DNA of 64,000 bases, taken from assembly GCA_013239625.1 (NCBI GenBank), contig MU053873.1:446524-510523 (forward strand). Direction: 5' to 3'. Positions 13,604 to 29,000 of the stretch are shown in pieces. The notes beneath the pieces are model-generated. The model saw only the letters and a program-made list of their open reading frames with translations. It was not told where the DNA came from and searched no databases. Within the stretch, counting starts at the first letter, position 1, and each line of letters begins with the position of its first letter. Source of the stretch: Lama guanicoe. Lineage: Eukaryota. Position numbers and translations under genes: made by a program.

Positions 13604-15758
13604 AACAGAACAAACAGCAAGTTGGTAGACTTAAACCTAACCATATCAATACTTACATTAAATGTTAATGGACCTTTTCAATGATACCATTTAAAAGTCA
13701 GACTGTCAAGATTAAATTTTAAAAATCAAGATCTAACTATATGCTAACTACAAGAAACATACTGTAAATACAAAGACACAGATAGGTTGAAAGTAAAATG
13801 ATGGAAAAAGATGTATCATCCAAATACTAGTCATAAGAAAGCTATACAAGCTACTATCTATATTCATGTCAGCCACAGTGGCCTTGGGGAGAGCAAATAT
13901 TACCAAGATAAAGTGAGACAAATCATAATAAGGTGAATTTACTTAGAAGACGTAATAATCCAAAAATACATATGCACCTAAAAATAGAACTTCAAATGGA
14001 CAGAATTGAATCCATAATCGAAATCTGAGATTTTAGCACTCGTATTTCAGGAACCAATAGAACAAAAGATACTTAAGTATATAAAAGACTTTAATAATGT
14101 TATCAACCAATAGCTGATGTCTACCTTCAGGATGCACATTCTTTTCAAGGACGCATGGAATATTCACCATGATGTGCCTCACCACAAATATCAAATTCAA
14201 CAGACTGGAATCCTATAGAGTATGTACTCTGATCACAATGTTATTAAATTAGAAATCAGTAACAATAAGATAACTAAACTCCCAAATATGTTACCTAAAC
14301 AACACACTTCTAAATAATCCATAGCAAAAAACGACATTACAAATTAGAAAATATTTCAAACTGAATGGTAGCACATGGCATGATAATTTGTGGGATGCAG
14401 CTAAAGCATTAGAGGAAATTTTAGATATCTATATACAAAAAGATGAACCTCAACCCTTCTCATTTGTTAAACAGATTTTAATTTGAAGTGTTTTACAGAC
14501 CTGAATGTAAAACATAAAACCACAAAATTTCCAGAAGAAAATTTAAGTATGAGTGACCTTAGGCTTAAAAATGATTCCTTAGATAGGACATAAAGAGCAT
14601 TAACTATAAAATAATAGATCAGGAACTTGGACTTTATAAAAATTAAATTTTTCTATCTTTTAAGATACTGTTAAGAAAATGAAGAGGTAAAAATCACAAA
14701 CTATGGGAACATACTTGCAAAACATGATTTGCAAAATCTTTAATAAAGGACTCATCCTTATAAACAAAAAACTCTTGCAACTTAAAGAACCAGATTTTTT
14801 AACTGGGCAAAAGATTTGAAAGAACACTTCGAAGAAGATAAATGAATAGTAAATAAGCACACAAAAAGATCAATGTTAATCATCTGGAAATTACAAAATA
14901 AAACCATGATATTACTACAGACCCACAAGAATGGCTAAAGTTAATACTGATAATACCAACAAGGATACGTAACACCTGGAATTCTCATACATTGGTGGTG
15001 GGAATGCAAAACAGTATAGCTACTATGAAAAAAAGTTGGCAGTTTTTTTTAATAAAGTTATAAACATACATTTATTATATAACCCTGAAATTTTCACTTC
15101 TAGGTATTTAACCAAGGGAAATGAAAACAAAATACATGCCCATACCAAAACCTGTATGCATATATTCACAAGGAACTTTATTCATAACAGCTAAAAACTA
15201 GAAACCCAAATATCCAACAACTAGTGAATAAAGAGAATTAACTAAACTACCACAATTAAACAGAACCTACTACTACTTCTAACAGGGATGAATCTCTCAA
15301 AGCATTAAGTGAAAGAGGGCAGACACAAAATACTATGCATTCTATGATTCCATTTATATGACACCTTAGAAAAAAGGCAAAACTATAGTTACTGAAAATG
15401 ATGAGTGACTGCCAGAGGCAGGGGTCGGGGAAGGAGAGTGACACCAACTTTCTGGGGTGTTAGAAATAGCAGTCGTTATATGACTTTATACATTTATAAA
15501 AACCTAAACCATATAGTTAAAAATGGGTGAGTTTTATTTTGTGCAAATTGTACCTCAATGAAGCCTTTTTCCTCCATTTGGCAGCAAAAAGTCAGAGGTA
15601 TACACATATGCTCTAGGTAAGGCAAGTATTTTCCCTAAATGTTAGTAGGGCTCTAAGAAGTTAATGACTTGCCCTAAAGTCATTAGTAACCATGTTTTAG
15701 GATACAGACCATTATATTGTAAATCTAAACTCAGAATGTATGCTTTAGGGATGACCTA

Positions 15759-15807
15759 AATGAGAATCTGTATAACTAAGAGAGAATGAGAATCTGTATA
15801 ACTAAGA
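15759..15807. repeat. Tandem duplication, 26-bp period (AATGAGAATCTGTATAACTAAGA)
   Basis: Directly visible. Confidence 0.9.
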
Positions 15808-16769
15808 CCCTTTCAGTGGAGCTCCATGAACTGCATTTAACCCACGGTGAAGCCTTAAAGGACATTCCAGCTTACTTAGGGCAAGCCAGCTGTAACAGAT
15901 TAGGATTTGGATGGTGTAGCATAGACATCCAAAATACTTGGCTTACCACACTCTTGTCAATGGTCAAGTTTATTCCGGGACTGGAATATTTTAAACTTCT
16001 TCATGTACACTGCAGATCCTATACATTAATCCCATTATTCAAAGGCTTCCAAAACAACAATTTTGAAAGTTTTGAGTACTTTACCTTTCATTCTTCCCTA
16101 GAGTCAAGTAATGAAAGAACTAGATTTTTCCAAGACAAAATGCCAACAGTCTATACAAAAAGCAAGACAAGAAAGATGCTCTTAATACTTATTAACCACA
16201 TCTATCTTAACCTCAGCCTAAAGAAAACAAATTAAGACTTTTCTTCATCTTCAATTCATTTCACAAGGAGTCTAGCATCTAATCCAAAAGTAGGCAGGAA
16301 CCTACAGCAATAACCAGTGGTTCACTAATTCTTAGCATACACATCTCCTTATTTCCTTGTCTGGTCTACTTCTCAGTTTTTCTCCTCCCTCTTTGTGCCC
16401 CTTTTATATGGTTACCACAGCCTCTTTTTGAAAAAATAAGGATATTTATGACTAATCAGCAAAATTATTATTATAATCTGCCCGTATATCTTTGTTCTAC
16501 TTACGGTAATAATCTCTTAAAAGAAACTTCTACACTGTATAATTATGTAAAAATGGTTAATAAGAAAACTGATCCATTCTATACCCATCATAAACACTTA
16601 TCCCTAAGCAAAGACCACTAAAAACTGAAGTTAGTTCATTATTTTTACTCCACAGATTCTGAATATTAATTCATGTATGAACTGAATTTGCCCATGTATA
16701 TTAAATGTTTACGTTGAGATTAAAGTCCAAACTGTCTTTAAACATTAGTAGACTAATATTAGATATATT

Positions 16770-17150
16770 AGTCAGTACTCTCAATTTTAAGTGACAGAAA
16801 CCCAAGCTAACTCAAAATCAGAACTGACTGGCTCACAGAACGATACTGAAGTGGTATACAGAAGCAGAGAATGAACTTTAGGCAGTACGGCCTCAAGGGC
16901 TCAATGCCACCGGATCTATCCCTTTATCTCACGGCCTCATTCTCTCACGCTGTAGACAAGCCTCCTGCCTCCTGCTAGAGGAAGTCCCAGCCTCACAAGC
17001 CCTGAAGAAAACTGACAGCTTGCCCTTGTCATCTGATTATCAATACCAGTGAAGAACTACTGGTCCTTTGTGTCAAATGCCAATCAGTACTAAAGTGAGA
17101 TAGGTACAAAATTAGCAAGGCCTGGTACACATGTTCAACTCTTAAGCCAC
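16770..17150 (-). mobile_element. MLT1J/K-like MaLR LTR fragment
   Basis: TTAGTCAG.ACTCTC..TT..AAGTGACAGAAACCCAA motif typical of MLT1J-group ends. Confidence 0.5.
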
Positions 17151-20100
17151 CAGAAAATGAGGAGTGAGAAATCTTGCTAAATAAACTAAAAGCAATGACC
17201 TGCTACTATCTTTAAGTTAGAGTCCGTGAATTAAATGTAAGGATCTCAAAAACAAACATAACAATAACAAACAAAAAAAAAATCAGTGAAAATCCTATTC
17301 CGTTTACTAGTATAATTAAGTGGTGGGGAAGTCCCTAATATTCAAAAAATCTGACTTACGGACACCATCTAGGTAGGAATTAGCAATAATTCTCCAGATA
17401 TAATATAAAATGTAAAAACATAAGGAAATCTAACCCCTAACTCTGAACGGCTGACCTAAAATTACAGAAAAGCCTTAAAGGGGAAAGGAAAAGGTCAATT
17501 TAATAAGTTTATGTATGTGTGTGTGTATATGTATACATATGTATGATAGTTTGGCAAGAAACAGAAATTTCATTTTAAAAATTCACTCAGTGATGGCACA
17601 AATCTGAAACTAAAGCATAACATGAGACTGATTTATTGCTGATCATATAATCACCATAGATTCATAGAGCTAAGATTCATAGAGCACTCAGGGGGCTAAA
17701 TACCTATGGAGAAATGCTCCCTTCCTTAAAAGACATTTTTGAAGTAGAAAGGAATCTGAAATTTCCTAGCATATCTAAGTTTTAAATTACTTTGTTTCAG
17801 GACTAATCGTTTCAAAACAATTGAGGGTTATAAAGAAAACTCAGCAACACAAAATTCTTTGCTGATCCATCACTCAGTTTTAATGACACAGTTTGCTACC
17901 CTCTACAGTTTTTATCTTTCCAGCACTCCCAGTTTCACGCAAACTGTTTTTGTTCTAATAACTGCATGTACACTCAAAATTCAAACAATGACCTACATTT
18001 AGGGGTATCTGGGTACCTGTAAGACATAGAAAAAGGCTGCTCATTCTCTACTAGTTCTTATCTTTCAAGCTTAATCTTAGGGAATAAAATGACACTCTTT
18101 TTAATAAGTAGCAAATTTATAGTTATTCATGATAAAGTAAATTCCTCAATACAAAGTTCTGTTAGTCATACTGCTTATGAAAAAATTACAGTAACACAAA
18201 GCTGCAAACAGTATATGGGAGAAGTCAAGGTCCTCATTCATAATAATTAAATAGCCAACACACACAGCACACTCTTCTAATGTGCTTCCTCATTTATTAG
18301 TCATTTCATCTTAAGTTTTAACACTACAAGGTATTATCCCCTTTTACAAAAGGGAAAACTAAGTCACAAAGAGGTAAGATAACTTGCCCAAGTCATAGAG
18401 CTCGCTGATCAATAATTTACAGATGCAAGTTTAAACCATGTAAGAACTCATGTATGACCAGCATATTTAAGGCCAGTTCAAAAGCAAAAGGGCCAGAGAC
18501 ACTGCCTTCGGAAAGGGCTCTGGGGAAGGGGGCACATGGGGCAGGGGGGGCAATGTCAAAAGTACTCCATTTCAAAAAGGCAAAGAAGAAAAACTAAGAT
18601 TTTTTTTTTTCTCTCAGTGCAATGAAACCAGGCCCAGATCACTAGGGGGAAAAACATCTATATTCTCAAATTATACAAAAATATCACGAAGTAATATTTT
18701 TCTTAAAGAAAAGCACTTAACTTTTGAGAGGCACATTCTAGAGAAAGCTCGTATTAAATGACAACACTTTGAAAACTAAGTTTTCATTCCTAAACTTTAA
18801 GCTTGGAAAAACATAGTAAACAATTAAAGCAACCTTCCACAATAGTCAATAGGAAAGGACTATCATGTTTAGCCATTTTTATTGATAAACAGAAGTACCA
18901 CAATCAAAAATGAGTCCGTCTACCATTGTAGCATATTCACTAAGCTTTATCTCTGAAAAATACTTTATTATTCAAGTGTTTCTTTGAGAAAACTTTCAAC
19001 AAAATGAAAGGGTATAATGCTATTTCCACAGAGGCAGTAATTAAGTGATCTTTGGTAGAGATTATAGATTAATTTACCACCTACAAAACCTTAAGTCTAT
19101 AAAATTGTATTTGGAAATGGAGCTACCATCATTCTAATCCATAATAACAATCCATTAGCGCTTATTTCAGTTCTGAAGCAAGTCCACCTTCGTACTATTT
19201 TCAACTCCTAAAATATTCAATGCTAGTAGGCAAACAGTCTGTTTCCTCAAAACTGAACTGATTCTGGTTGTGCTTTGGTTTCTTCTAGTTTATTCAAGTA
19301 GGGAACAGTAGCTACAGTGTCTGACATGAACATGATACTCATGCTTACTACTGAGCTAAGTATATTCCCTGAGCTCTAGAAAACTGATACGGCACTGAGC
19401 TTCTTGAGTTAACCCTTAGTCATTACAAGATTATTCTCATCCAGGTCCAGAGAAAGAAATAGCACTACAACCCCACAAAGGTCACCATCATTCTGAATCC
19501 TCATCTTTTTACCCATCCCCAAGTTCTACAGGATTGTTAGGAGAAAATCTTACTTGGATCCTACTATGGAAGTCTTTCCTACCATCACTCCCAGGAGAAA
19601 CAAGTGAGATCTCATCTTGATTTCCTGGCTGCCTTTCACTGATGGTATCAGAGAATGAAGCTTTGAAATAAGACCCTGGGATAGGCCATTCCCTTCAAAG
19701 TGTCTATCATTACTCCTTGGTGAGTCAGCTTCTGGACTGCTGCCAATGAGCTTTTTGTTGACTTTATCATGAAATCATATTTCTGTAGAGTTGAAATGGT
19801 GCCTAAAACATTGCATTTCAAAAGACTCTCTCAAGTGTTTATCAAAGAAAGGACACAGATACATATCCAAGCAAGCCACTCACATGTTTCAGTAACAGAA
19901 GGGATGAAAAATACAAGCATGTTTACATAGTAACATGTTAAAAGATTCTCTTATGTGCAAGTGTTCAAAAATAATCCTGTAAAATCTACTGATAATTTTA
20001 AGTAGAGGTTATGCAAATAGGTACATTTAAAAGTTTTTATGCTCTTGAGGAAGCAAAAGTTACCTTTTAAATTAGCTGAAGAATTCTGAAGTTAAAGATA

Positions 20101-21077
20101 TCCAGGAATCCTCTGAAGGCCCATCAAATATCTCTAAAGGGAAAAATCTATTTCACTGTACCTTTTTAGAGGAATCCACTAGTTTTTAGAAGGTAAAACA
20201 CTGGGAATGGGAGGAGGGGTATATGTGGTGCAACTTAAGTAGTTCCACAGAGCAGGAATGGGAAAGCTTCTAGTTCTAAATAAACGAGTGGACAGTAATA
20301 ATGCTTTCAGAAAAAGAAGCAGTATTGTCATCACTGTAGTAACAGTAGCAATAACCACAACTGGCTTATATGTAGTGCTTACTATGGGCGAGCTACTGTT
20401 ATAAGCAACTGCTAAATCCTAACAAAAGCCTCAAGAGGTTAAGTACTGTTATCCCCATTTCAAAATTGAGAATTCTGAGGCAAGAAGTTAAGGAATTTGC
20501 CTAAAATCACAGGAGTACTAGTAGAGGATCCACAATTCAAACCCTAGTCTGAGTTCTTATTCACCATATTAAATTCCAATAGTCAAGGGAGCATCCAACT
20601 TGATACCAGAAGATCTGGACTGAAGTTCTAGGTCAGCTATCCACTAGCAGTGCAACCTCAGACAAGTTCTGACAGCTCTGAAACACAATTTATTCACTTG
20701 TAAAGTGAGAGTAATAGTATCGCCTACCCTGACTACTTAACAATGAGGCAGTGAAAACCAAATATGCAACTAATATAACTAATTAAACATTTTATTTGTA
20801 ATACCGGTCCCATAGTTGCTACCCTCAGATTCCCATGTTTCTAATTTTGGCAACCCTATCTCAGAATTCTAGACTTGAATCACATATATTGTAGTCTCAG
20901 GAAAAGGAAAGTGCCTAAATCTTGTCCATATCAAAACATACACATATAGAAGATCAACTGTTAATTTGCAACCCCTACTGCAAGATTGGGCATCTCCAGG
21001 TAGTTATTTCTATGTGAAATAGCTAGGAACTGATAGCCTACAAATGAGATATACTTCAAATATGAACATTTGGTAAA

Positions 21078-21138
21078 TGGGTTCCCAGCACTTCCTCTAA
21101 AAATAAAACAAATAAACTTAATTACCCCCCCAAAAAAA
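21078..21138 (+). mobile_element. 5'-truncated Vic-1-like SINE tail
   Basis: CCCAGCACTTCC..AAATAAACTTAATTACCCCCCCAAAAAA resembles the tails of the other copies in the window. Confidence 0.45.
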
Positions 21139-23785
21139 TTAATCACTGATTCACAAAATATGGATGTCTCAAAGTACACTGTGTTAAATAAAAGCAGTCA
21201 GTCTTGAAAGGCTACATACTGTATGATTCCATTTACATGAAATTCTGGAAAAGACAAAATTACAGTAACAAAACAGATGAGTAGTTGCCAAAGACAAGAG
21301 GTGGGGGAAGGAGCTGACTATAAAGGGCCATGAGGAAAATTTCTGGGGTGAGGGAACTCTTCTACATCTTGATTAGAGTGATCATATGTGTTTCCAAAAC
21401 TTGCAGAACTATACTCAAAAAGGGTGAGTTTTCCTGTATATAAATTATATTTTAGCTTAAAAAAATTTGAAACCACAGATGTGACAGAATCTGAATTACT
21501 GTTCTGAAAACAAGGACCAGATGCTGCTTAAACAACCGACAAACACTAAACCTTGTTAGATCTGCCTCCAAGTTTGAAAACTGCCTTCCATTAACATTTT
21601 GCCTAGCAATCTAAACAATATTTGTAAAGTAGTCATAAATTCCCTTAGGATTAAAAAATAAATCTATTTTTAATAGAAAACTAACTAGTGTTTACATCCT
21701 AGTTGTTTCAAGAAGAAAATAAGTTTTATCAAGGAGAGAATAAAACCCAAATAAATGTTAACATCAACCTTTTCTAGAATCATAAAGGTCATAACAAATG
21801 AGGTTTCTTTCTTAATTTTGGTTGTTCAAAAACCAAAGTTTTACTTCACAAAACCTGCAAAAGAGTATTAAAAGATCTTTTTAACATTCACCTAAAGTAA
21901 GAAGTGCTTTCACTTAACTAGACAGTATAGCAAAAATTCAACTACCTGGGTAAGTTATTTAACCCCATTTTGTATCAATTTCCTCATAAGTAAGATTGGA
22001 ATAATTATACCTACCTCTGGGAATAATCCTAGATAATTAAATGACTTCCTACATGTAAACTGCCTAGAATAGTGTCTAGCACTCTTAAAGCCTGAGAAAG
22101 TTTTAAGGCAGTATAAATGAATTATCTTAATAAACACCACCTATGTGTCCTTGTACAAATCATTTTATCTTTGTATATCACAATTCTGCTCTGTAAGGTC
22201 AGAGACCTAAATTCAATGGCCTAAAAGCCTAGGTAAAACCTTTCAATGTTCCTATAATTTTACCTGAACTGCACTAGTCACCTTGCAAAGAGGGTTAAGT
22301 AAGAAAAATCTGAGGCCCAAATTAAGTTAAATGACTTGCCCAAAGAGTAAGATGAAGGCAGAGCCAAAGCAAGGATCATCTATTCCGAGATTCTTCAAAA
22401 CTTTGTTCTCTTCAAGAATTCTAGCCCTCTATCAACTCCTTCCCTTCTTACATAGGTATGACATACTTTTAAAAGCCCTTCTATGTCCTCCTTCTAAAAA
22501 TTCATTAAGCTACACATTTGTTTTATGCCCCCTTCTGAATGTTCTAGATCATAACTGTAAAAGGTAAAATAGATGTCATCATAATCATAAAGTGTATTTA
22601 TGTAACAGAAGAAACAGAAAAGTCAAAAAGCTAAAAGGAAGACAAACTCAGCTGATTATGTTCATTAAAACTTTGTGAGGGGGTTAGTTTTAAAACTGAG
22701 GTGTAATATACGTACAAAAAAGCATACAAGTATACAATGATTCTCAAAGTGAAGAAAACCATGAAATTACCACTCAGATCAAGATACAGACATCACCAGC
22801 ACCCCTACAGCCTTCTTTGTGCTTACTGCCAAAAATAACCACTATTCTGACTTCTGCTGCCATCTGTTAGTTTAGTTTTTTTTTTTAACTTTATATAAAT
22901 GGAATCACATAGTACTGTCCTGTGAATTGGTTCTTTAATGTACGCTTAATTTGTCTTCTTGCAAAGTACGCGTAGGTAAGCCAGATAGTAAGAAAGGTTC
23001 TCTCAATATTATCAAATACTCAAATTTTAACTGTGAATCATTCTCAGGGTGCTGACTAACAATCTTCCACCTTAATCTAGCCACCTAAATTACCACCTTG
23101 CCACCACCTTAATTCAGGTCCTTATCACCTAATTCTGAGAACAGTACAGATTTTCCACTGCTTTCCAATCTTTGTCTGCCCCCAGTTATGCACACTGCCA
23201 CCACACACATCTTTGCCAAAACTGTCTTTGATCTCAAAAGCCTAAGAAGGCTCAGTACAGAGAGTATAAGAAATTTCAAGTATTTTAATGATTTGATTTC
23301 AATAATATATAGCAAACAGTTTACAAATTTACTTTTGAATCCTCTTTCTATTCTGTGCTAGCAAAACCAATACTCTCCAAACACAGCTCCTATATGCCTT
23401 ACCTATATAAAACTGCAACTCCTCTTATTTCTGCTATGCAATTATAACAAATTAGTTGCTTTATATTAAGCTATCCGTCTCAGTATCTCTTACATAGCAC
23501 CCAGTCAGAATGAGAAAGTTACAAATACACATATTGGTTTAGCTTTAATATAAAAGCTTCAACATTTATTGCATCCAATTTGGTTCCCTAAAAAGTCATT
23601 CTGCAGAATTATTTGTTAAATAATCCTACAGTTGTTCAAAGTATAAAGTGAAAGAATATACATCACATCCTTATTGTAATGGGGGGAAAATGCCAAAAAA
23701 TAATCCCTAGACGTCTATCAGTAAAGGACTAGATAAATAATTGTAATGTATCTATAAAAAGTTTTTAAAAAACTACATAGTATTT

Positions 23786-23908
23786 GGTGAGGAGGATCTA
23801 GCTCACTGGTAGAGTATGTGCTTAGCATGCAGGAGGTCCTGGGTTCAACCCCCAGTACCTCCAATAAAACAAATAAATTAATCTAATTACCTTCCCATCA
23901 CAAAAAAA
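23786..23908 (+). mobile_element. Vic-1-like SINE
   Basis: TAGCTCA.TGGTAGAG..TGCTTAGCATGCA..AGGTCCTGGGTTCAA.CCCCAGTACCTCC plus tail; TSD AAAAAACTACATAGT. Confidence 0.88.
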
Positions 23909-24490
23909 AAAAAACTACATAGTCCTTAAAATGAGATAAATCTATATTCTGTGACAGGTAAAATGTCTGTAATCTTAAAAAAAAGTATAAATCGGCACAT
24001 ATAGTTTGATACTTCTGAAGAGAAGTTTTAAGATATTAATTGAAAACAACTATTACTAGGGGACAACAATTGTGTTCTACTTGTACAATTGATACTACAT
24101 AGCTATTACATAAATATACACACATCAACATACATAAATTTCAAGCTTTTAAAATTGCAGAATATATCTACTACAGTACCATATACATTTGAAACACAGT
24201 AATACTACATGTTAAATACACAGAGACATTTGTTGGAAGAATATAAGCATGGGCTAAGATAGTAAATCGATCTCCAGTTAATAAACAATTTAAAATGAGG
24301 GCAAAAAGGACTCCAACCATGTAATATTTTAATTTTTAAAAACAAATATAAATATACCTTTGAGGCAAATCTGACAAGATGTCAACATCTATTAAATCTA
24401 AATCAACATCTTTTAAATAAGATAAATGGTGTTTGTTATCAATATTTTTCTAAATTTTTAAAATATTTAAATCTTACTTTTAAAAAAGAA

Positions 24491-24574
24491 AGGGGGCAGC
24501 TCAGTGGTAGAGGACATGCTTAGCATGCACAAGGTCCCTGGTTCAATCCCCAGTAAGTATCTCCATTAAAAAAA
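24491..24574 (+). mobile_element. Vic-1-like SINE (short form)
   Basis: GCTCAGTGGTAGAG..ATGCTTAGCATGCACAAGGTCC..GGTTCAATCCCCAG followed by an A-tail. Confidence 0.8.
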
Positions 24575-25996
24575 GGTAAAAGATTTTTAAAATTTTTTTT
24601 TTCAGTTTTTAAAAAGTGAAAAAAAGAAAGCCAAGACTGTGAAATTTGGGAACAGAAGAGTATGGGCTTTATGGACTTCTACAGAGTATTTTTTTCTGAT
24701 AAGCCTGTTAATCTTTACTATAAAATTTTAACGAAAAAACCCCTAAAAACTTGTATTAGTACCTACCTTCATTACTTTGATTGCTCTTCAACTTTAATTT
24801 TATTCTTGAAAAGAAAAATTTAAGGGCAGATAATTACAAATGTCCTACCCCAGGAGTCTAACATTCTAAATGATATGTCATCTACTTACAAAAGCGTTTA
24901 AGCCACTATAATTTGCAATAAACTAATAGCAAAAGTTGACAAGCTTTATCTAATCACTTAAACGCTAAAGAATATACTACATACATCTTCCTAAAATATT
25001 ACCAGATGAGTAAATAAACTTACAGTGGCTCAACTCCTGGCTGTATATTAACACCAAAACCCCTATGAGACTATATTGTCAAAATAAAAATCGTTTATCT
25101 AAGTATCTTTCAGTTCAAATTACAAAATCTGTATCACATCTGAGTTGCTATAATCCCACTTGATACTTTAAAACACACACATACACACTGCTACAGAACT
25201 TGCTCAAGTTCACATGGCAAGTCAGCAGAAGAACTGGAAATTCAGACTGAGTTCTGTGTTTAGAGTTCACAGAATCTGATTTTTCTTTTTAAGGTATCAT
25301 TCATAATTCTCAATCAGCCCATTAGAAAGAGCAAAATTAGGTGCAGGTCTTGTGTTTAATTGTGACCAAAACCCAGGCTGTCTCAGTCATAGCGGAATTT
25401 ACAATGAGAAAGCTCCCATCAGCTTGCCTATCCCATTTCCCATACCACTTCCTACAGGTGCCACTCTGATTAGGAACCGGAGCTAATTAACAACATACTT
25501 TTTCTCACTGGTGACTATGACTTAAACCTTCATAAGACAGTTAATGAAAACTAAAGATAATAAAATGTACTTTGGAATAGTTTTTTCCTAAGAGTAATAC
25601 ACACTCATTATAGAAAATTGGGAAACTACAGAATATCAATCAGAAAATAGTCACCATCTCAGCCAGAAATCAATCACTATTAATATTTCCGTTCTCTTTA
25701 CAGGGTCTCTAGCTTATAAAAGGATATTAGCTCACTCACCAAACAGAATTTTAAGTACAGCAGAACAAAGGGGAAATAAAATACTAGTTTATTCAGAAGA
25801 CTAACTTTTTTCAGTTTTCAGAGTAAGCCAAAACGATGTGTACAGGAACTGGAAAGAATGAGACAAGTGAGAGAAATCATGCTTGCTCCTTTTCATTCAC
25901 CATATAGCAATGATGGAGTCCATGTTTCAAGAATCATTACATACCCAAAGACTAACTAATGAGTATGTTTCCTTTGTAAATAGCAGCCTACTTTAT

Positions 25997-26001
<5 letters not shown>

Positions 26002-26033
<32 letters not shown>

Positions 26034-26038
26034 ACACA
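26002..26038. repeat. (CA)n microsatellite
   Basis: Directly visible, one interruption. Confidence 0.95.
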
Positions 26039-29000
26039 GAGAGCCTTGCCAGTAGGAGGGACACACAGTGAAAGGAATTAGATCAAGACTCATTTTTTTT
26101 GTCACTGTGAACCTATCCTTAAGAGAAAGTAAGAGGATATCTCAAAGGCTGATGTAAAATTAATGACCACTCCCACAGAAACATTTTCTGTGCACATAAG
26201 ATGAGGAACAATCTAACTACAGAAAACGATGCGTTGGATTTACAATGTTATAACTTATTTATATGTGTAAATAAATATACAAGAGTTTAAACAGTCCATA
26301 AATATTGATAGCTTACTCTGTACCAGGAGTATATTAAGTGCTGAGAAGTGAGAGAGAACAGCCATCAGGAGCATATACTTCTGCAGTGCTTACAGTCTAT
26401 CTCTTTAAATATGATGTCACACACTAGGCATGTGGCCTCAAAGGAGTCACAACATCCCTGATTAAATGATGCTCTCAAATCCTTATGAGGCTCTAAGAAG
26501 ATGTATGTGACAGCACCTTATAAATCATGCTACCTAAGGTAAAAAGGGATACCTGGTCTTTTTCCCAAAATACTGCATTTAGCAATCATCTTTAATATAA
26601 ATTTTCTTTCAACCGGCAGAAAATTTAATTGGCAAAAAAAAAATTACTCAAGTTGCTATTTTCAAATCTCTAAGACTTACTTTAATATTATCTTTCTCTG
26701 ACAATGAGCCATATAAAACAACTGAAGTTAAATTCCCCACGATGGGAAGAGAGGGAGACTCATTTCTGTAGTGCAAAAAGCATCAATTTCTGATTTCATA
26801 ACTTATGGGGGGTAGGGGCAAAGCAAGGCCAATCAAAAGCAATTTATTCAAACATAAGAAAAAAGTTACCTTTTAATCTAAGATTCATCATGTTAAGTTT
26901 CAGTCCAAGAATGCATTTTTAAACAGTTACTGACTCAGGCTCTTCCAAATGGAGTTAGAGTGACAGGTTAATTGTGGTATTTTACAAGCAAAGGAAAGCA
27001 AGTAGCAATTATTCATCCTTTCACTCAGTCTCCAAGACTTAAACTCTTAGAAAACAAATGTTACAACCAAACTGCCTTCCATAAAGCATAAACTTTTTAA
27101 AACATACTCTACACAGTATTAGTTCTTCATATCTAACAGAAGTAGGATAATTATTTAGACTGTTTTCTATCCTATGATTTTCCCTTTTCAAATTCAGCCA
27201 CCTGAACAATGACAAAAGGTATCAAACTGATGCTTAATGAGCAAGGTTTATATCTGCCCTTATTGCAGATACGGCTCTCAACAACATGGGACACTTAAAG
27301 ATTATCATAATACAACTAAGCTGGATCATCTGCAGAACTAGTAGAAATGCCCAAAAACAATCATCTATAAAAGCCCAACATTAAATCTTAAAGCAATGAT
27401 ATCCAAAGCAGAACATACTACACCTCAAGGAGTATCCAAGATGCTCCACTGGAGTAAAGGAGAAAGACATTTTAACTTTATTTTTAATTCTTATCCTTGT
27501 TAAATTTTGTAAGGTATACAATAACCAGTTACTACACATATTATTTGTAAATTAAATAAATATTTAAGGACTGAGAATTAATGCTCAATTTCTTCTTTAC
27601 TGTTGGGATGAGTAATCAAAAAGTTTAGAGACCAGTGGTCTCAAGTAGCCCCTATCACTGCACTTTCATTTTTACCTGCCCCATCCACTGTTAAGCTGTA
27701 GAGGCTAAATCTGATGATGAAAAAAGAATAAAGAAAAACTGTCCCCAAACTATTTCAAACGCCTATCAACAAGCTAAAAGATAGTAAATCACTAGCAAAA
27801 ACATATGGAATTGGACGCGAATACACTGTTGCTGAGACTTTAAAATATCATCCTATCTATAGGGCACCTTAAGTATATTCAAATTTAAAACACACAATCT
27901 TTGTCCAAGTAAATCCCACTTTTAGGAATTTAGCCTAAGACAACAATAGCACAATTATATTTATAAAGTCCAAATGAGTACATCACAGCACTATTTTATG
28001 AGAAGTAAAATGTCCATTAACAGAGAATTGCTGTAAACTATGATGCATCCATATCACAGAACACAAAATAACCATTACGGGAACATCAACATGGAAAGTT
28101 GTTCTTTAAGTATTTCAGTGGTTATGTGTAAGTAAAAAAGAAAAAAACCCAAACATTACATCTAAATGAGATTATAGACTCATCTGTATAGGGTCATCTC
28201 TACTTTTCTTTATTCTCCTACATTATCTCAATTGTTTTTGTAGGTTCCCCCACTGAGTATGTACTGTAGTTTTCATAAATAGAAACAACAATTTCATTTT
28301 GAAATTAAAAGTGAAATTAACTCAAAACTCCTTATTTTAGCCCTATAGACTTCCAAAAACTCTTTATAAACACTACTTTGCCCCATGTGGTTTGTGGAAT
28401 CAGTCTAAATACTTTATGATCACAAATTTGTTTTATCTTACAGAAAAATGATAGGCATAAACAAAAAGATAAGAAATACCCTATTTCAAGTCAACCATCC
28501 TGTCTTAATACCAATTCTTTCCAAGTGTCAGGGTTTATCAACATACTTATAATTCCTTGTATTTTGCTAGATTGCCAATATATGATTAATTCAGAAACCT
28601 AAATAAATTTGTATTTCTCTTCTGCAACTAAATTACAAAAGCATTAGCTACTGAAAAAATTAAATCTAGAACACAGACAAGTGAAATCAGAAAAGCTTGC
28701 TACTCTTATAATAAAATCATTCTAAACAGTATACAAAGACACAAATTGGCACATAATAGATTCAGGCCTGAACAGATAGCCAAGATGATGCTTTGTAGCA
28801 ATCAGCACCAAGACAATACCTTTGCCGTTATCAAGCAGTCTATTTAAGGGAAGAGTGCTTAAGAATACTAGCGTAAGTTTATGTCTTAACTTTGTTCATT
28901 AATCAACAATGTATAACAGAGGTAGGAGGTATTTAACCCTTAACAAAATAGCTTTAATTTAACCCAACTTCACAATTTCCTTATAGCTGTTCATTTGTTT

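Larger units (their letters stand above)
12090..15560 (+). mobile_element. Fragmented old L1M (5' region, ORF2 pieces, 3'UTR) with nested insertions
   Basis: ORF2 endonuclease-region remnants at 13620-14420 (ACATTAAATGTTAATGGAC; CTACAAGAAACATACT; TCTGATCACAATG..ATTAAATTAGAAATCAGT) and 3' ORF2/3'UTR at 14430-15560. Confidence 0.75.

Noticed and set aside
15786-16235. 149-aa + ORF
   Set aside because: Antisense intronic ORF starting in a tandem duplication; no recognisable protein features.
19554-19802. Possible additional minus-strand exon (ttttag| ... CAA|GTAAGA)
   Set aside because: Weak pyrimidine tract and no other support; such site pairs are common in long introns.
23786-23870. tRNA-like A/B-box sequences as tRNA genes
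   Set aside because: They are SINE heads with TSDs and tails; no intact cloverleaf.
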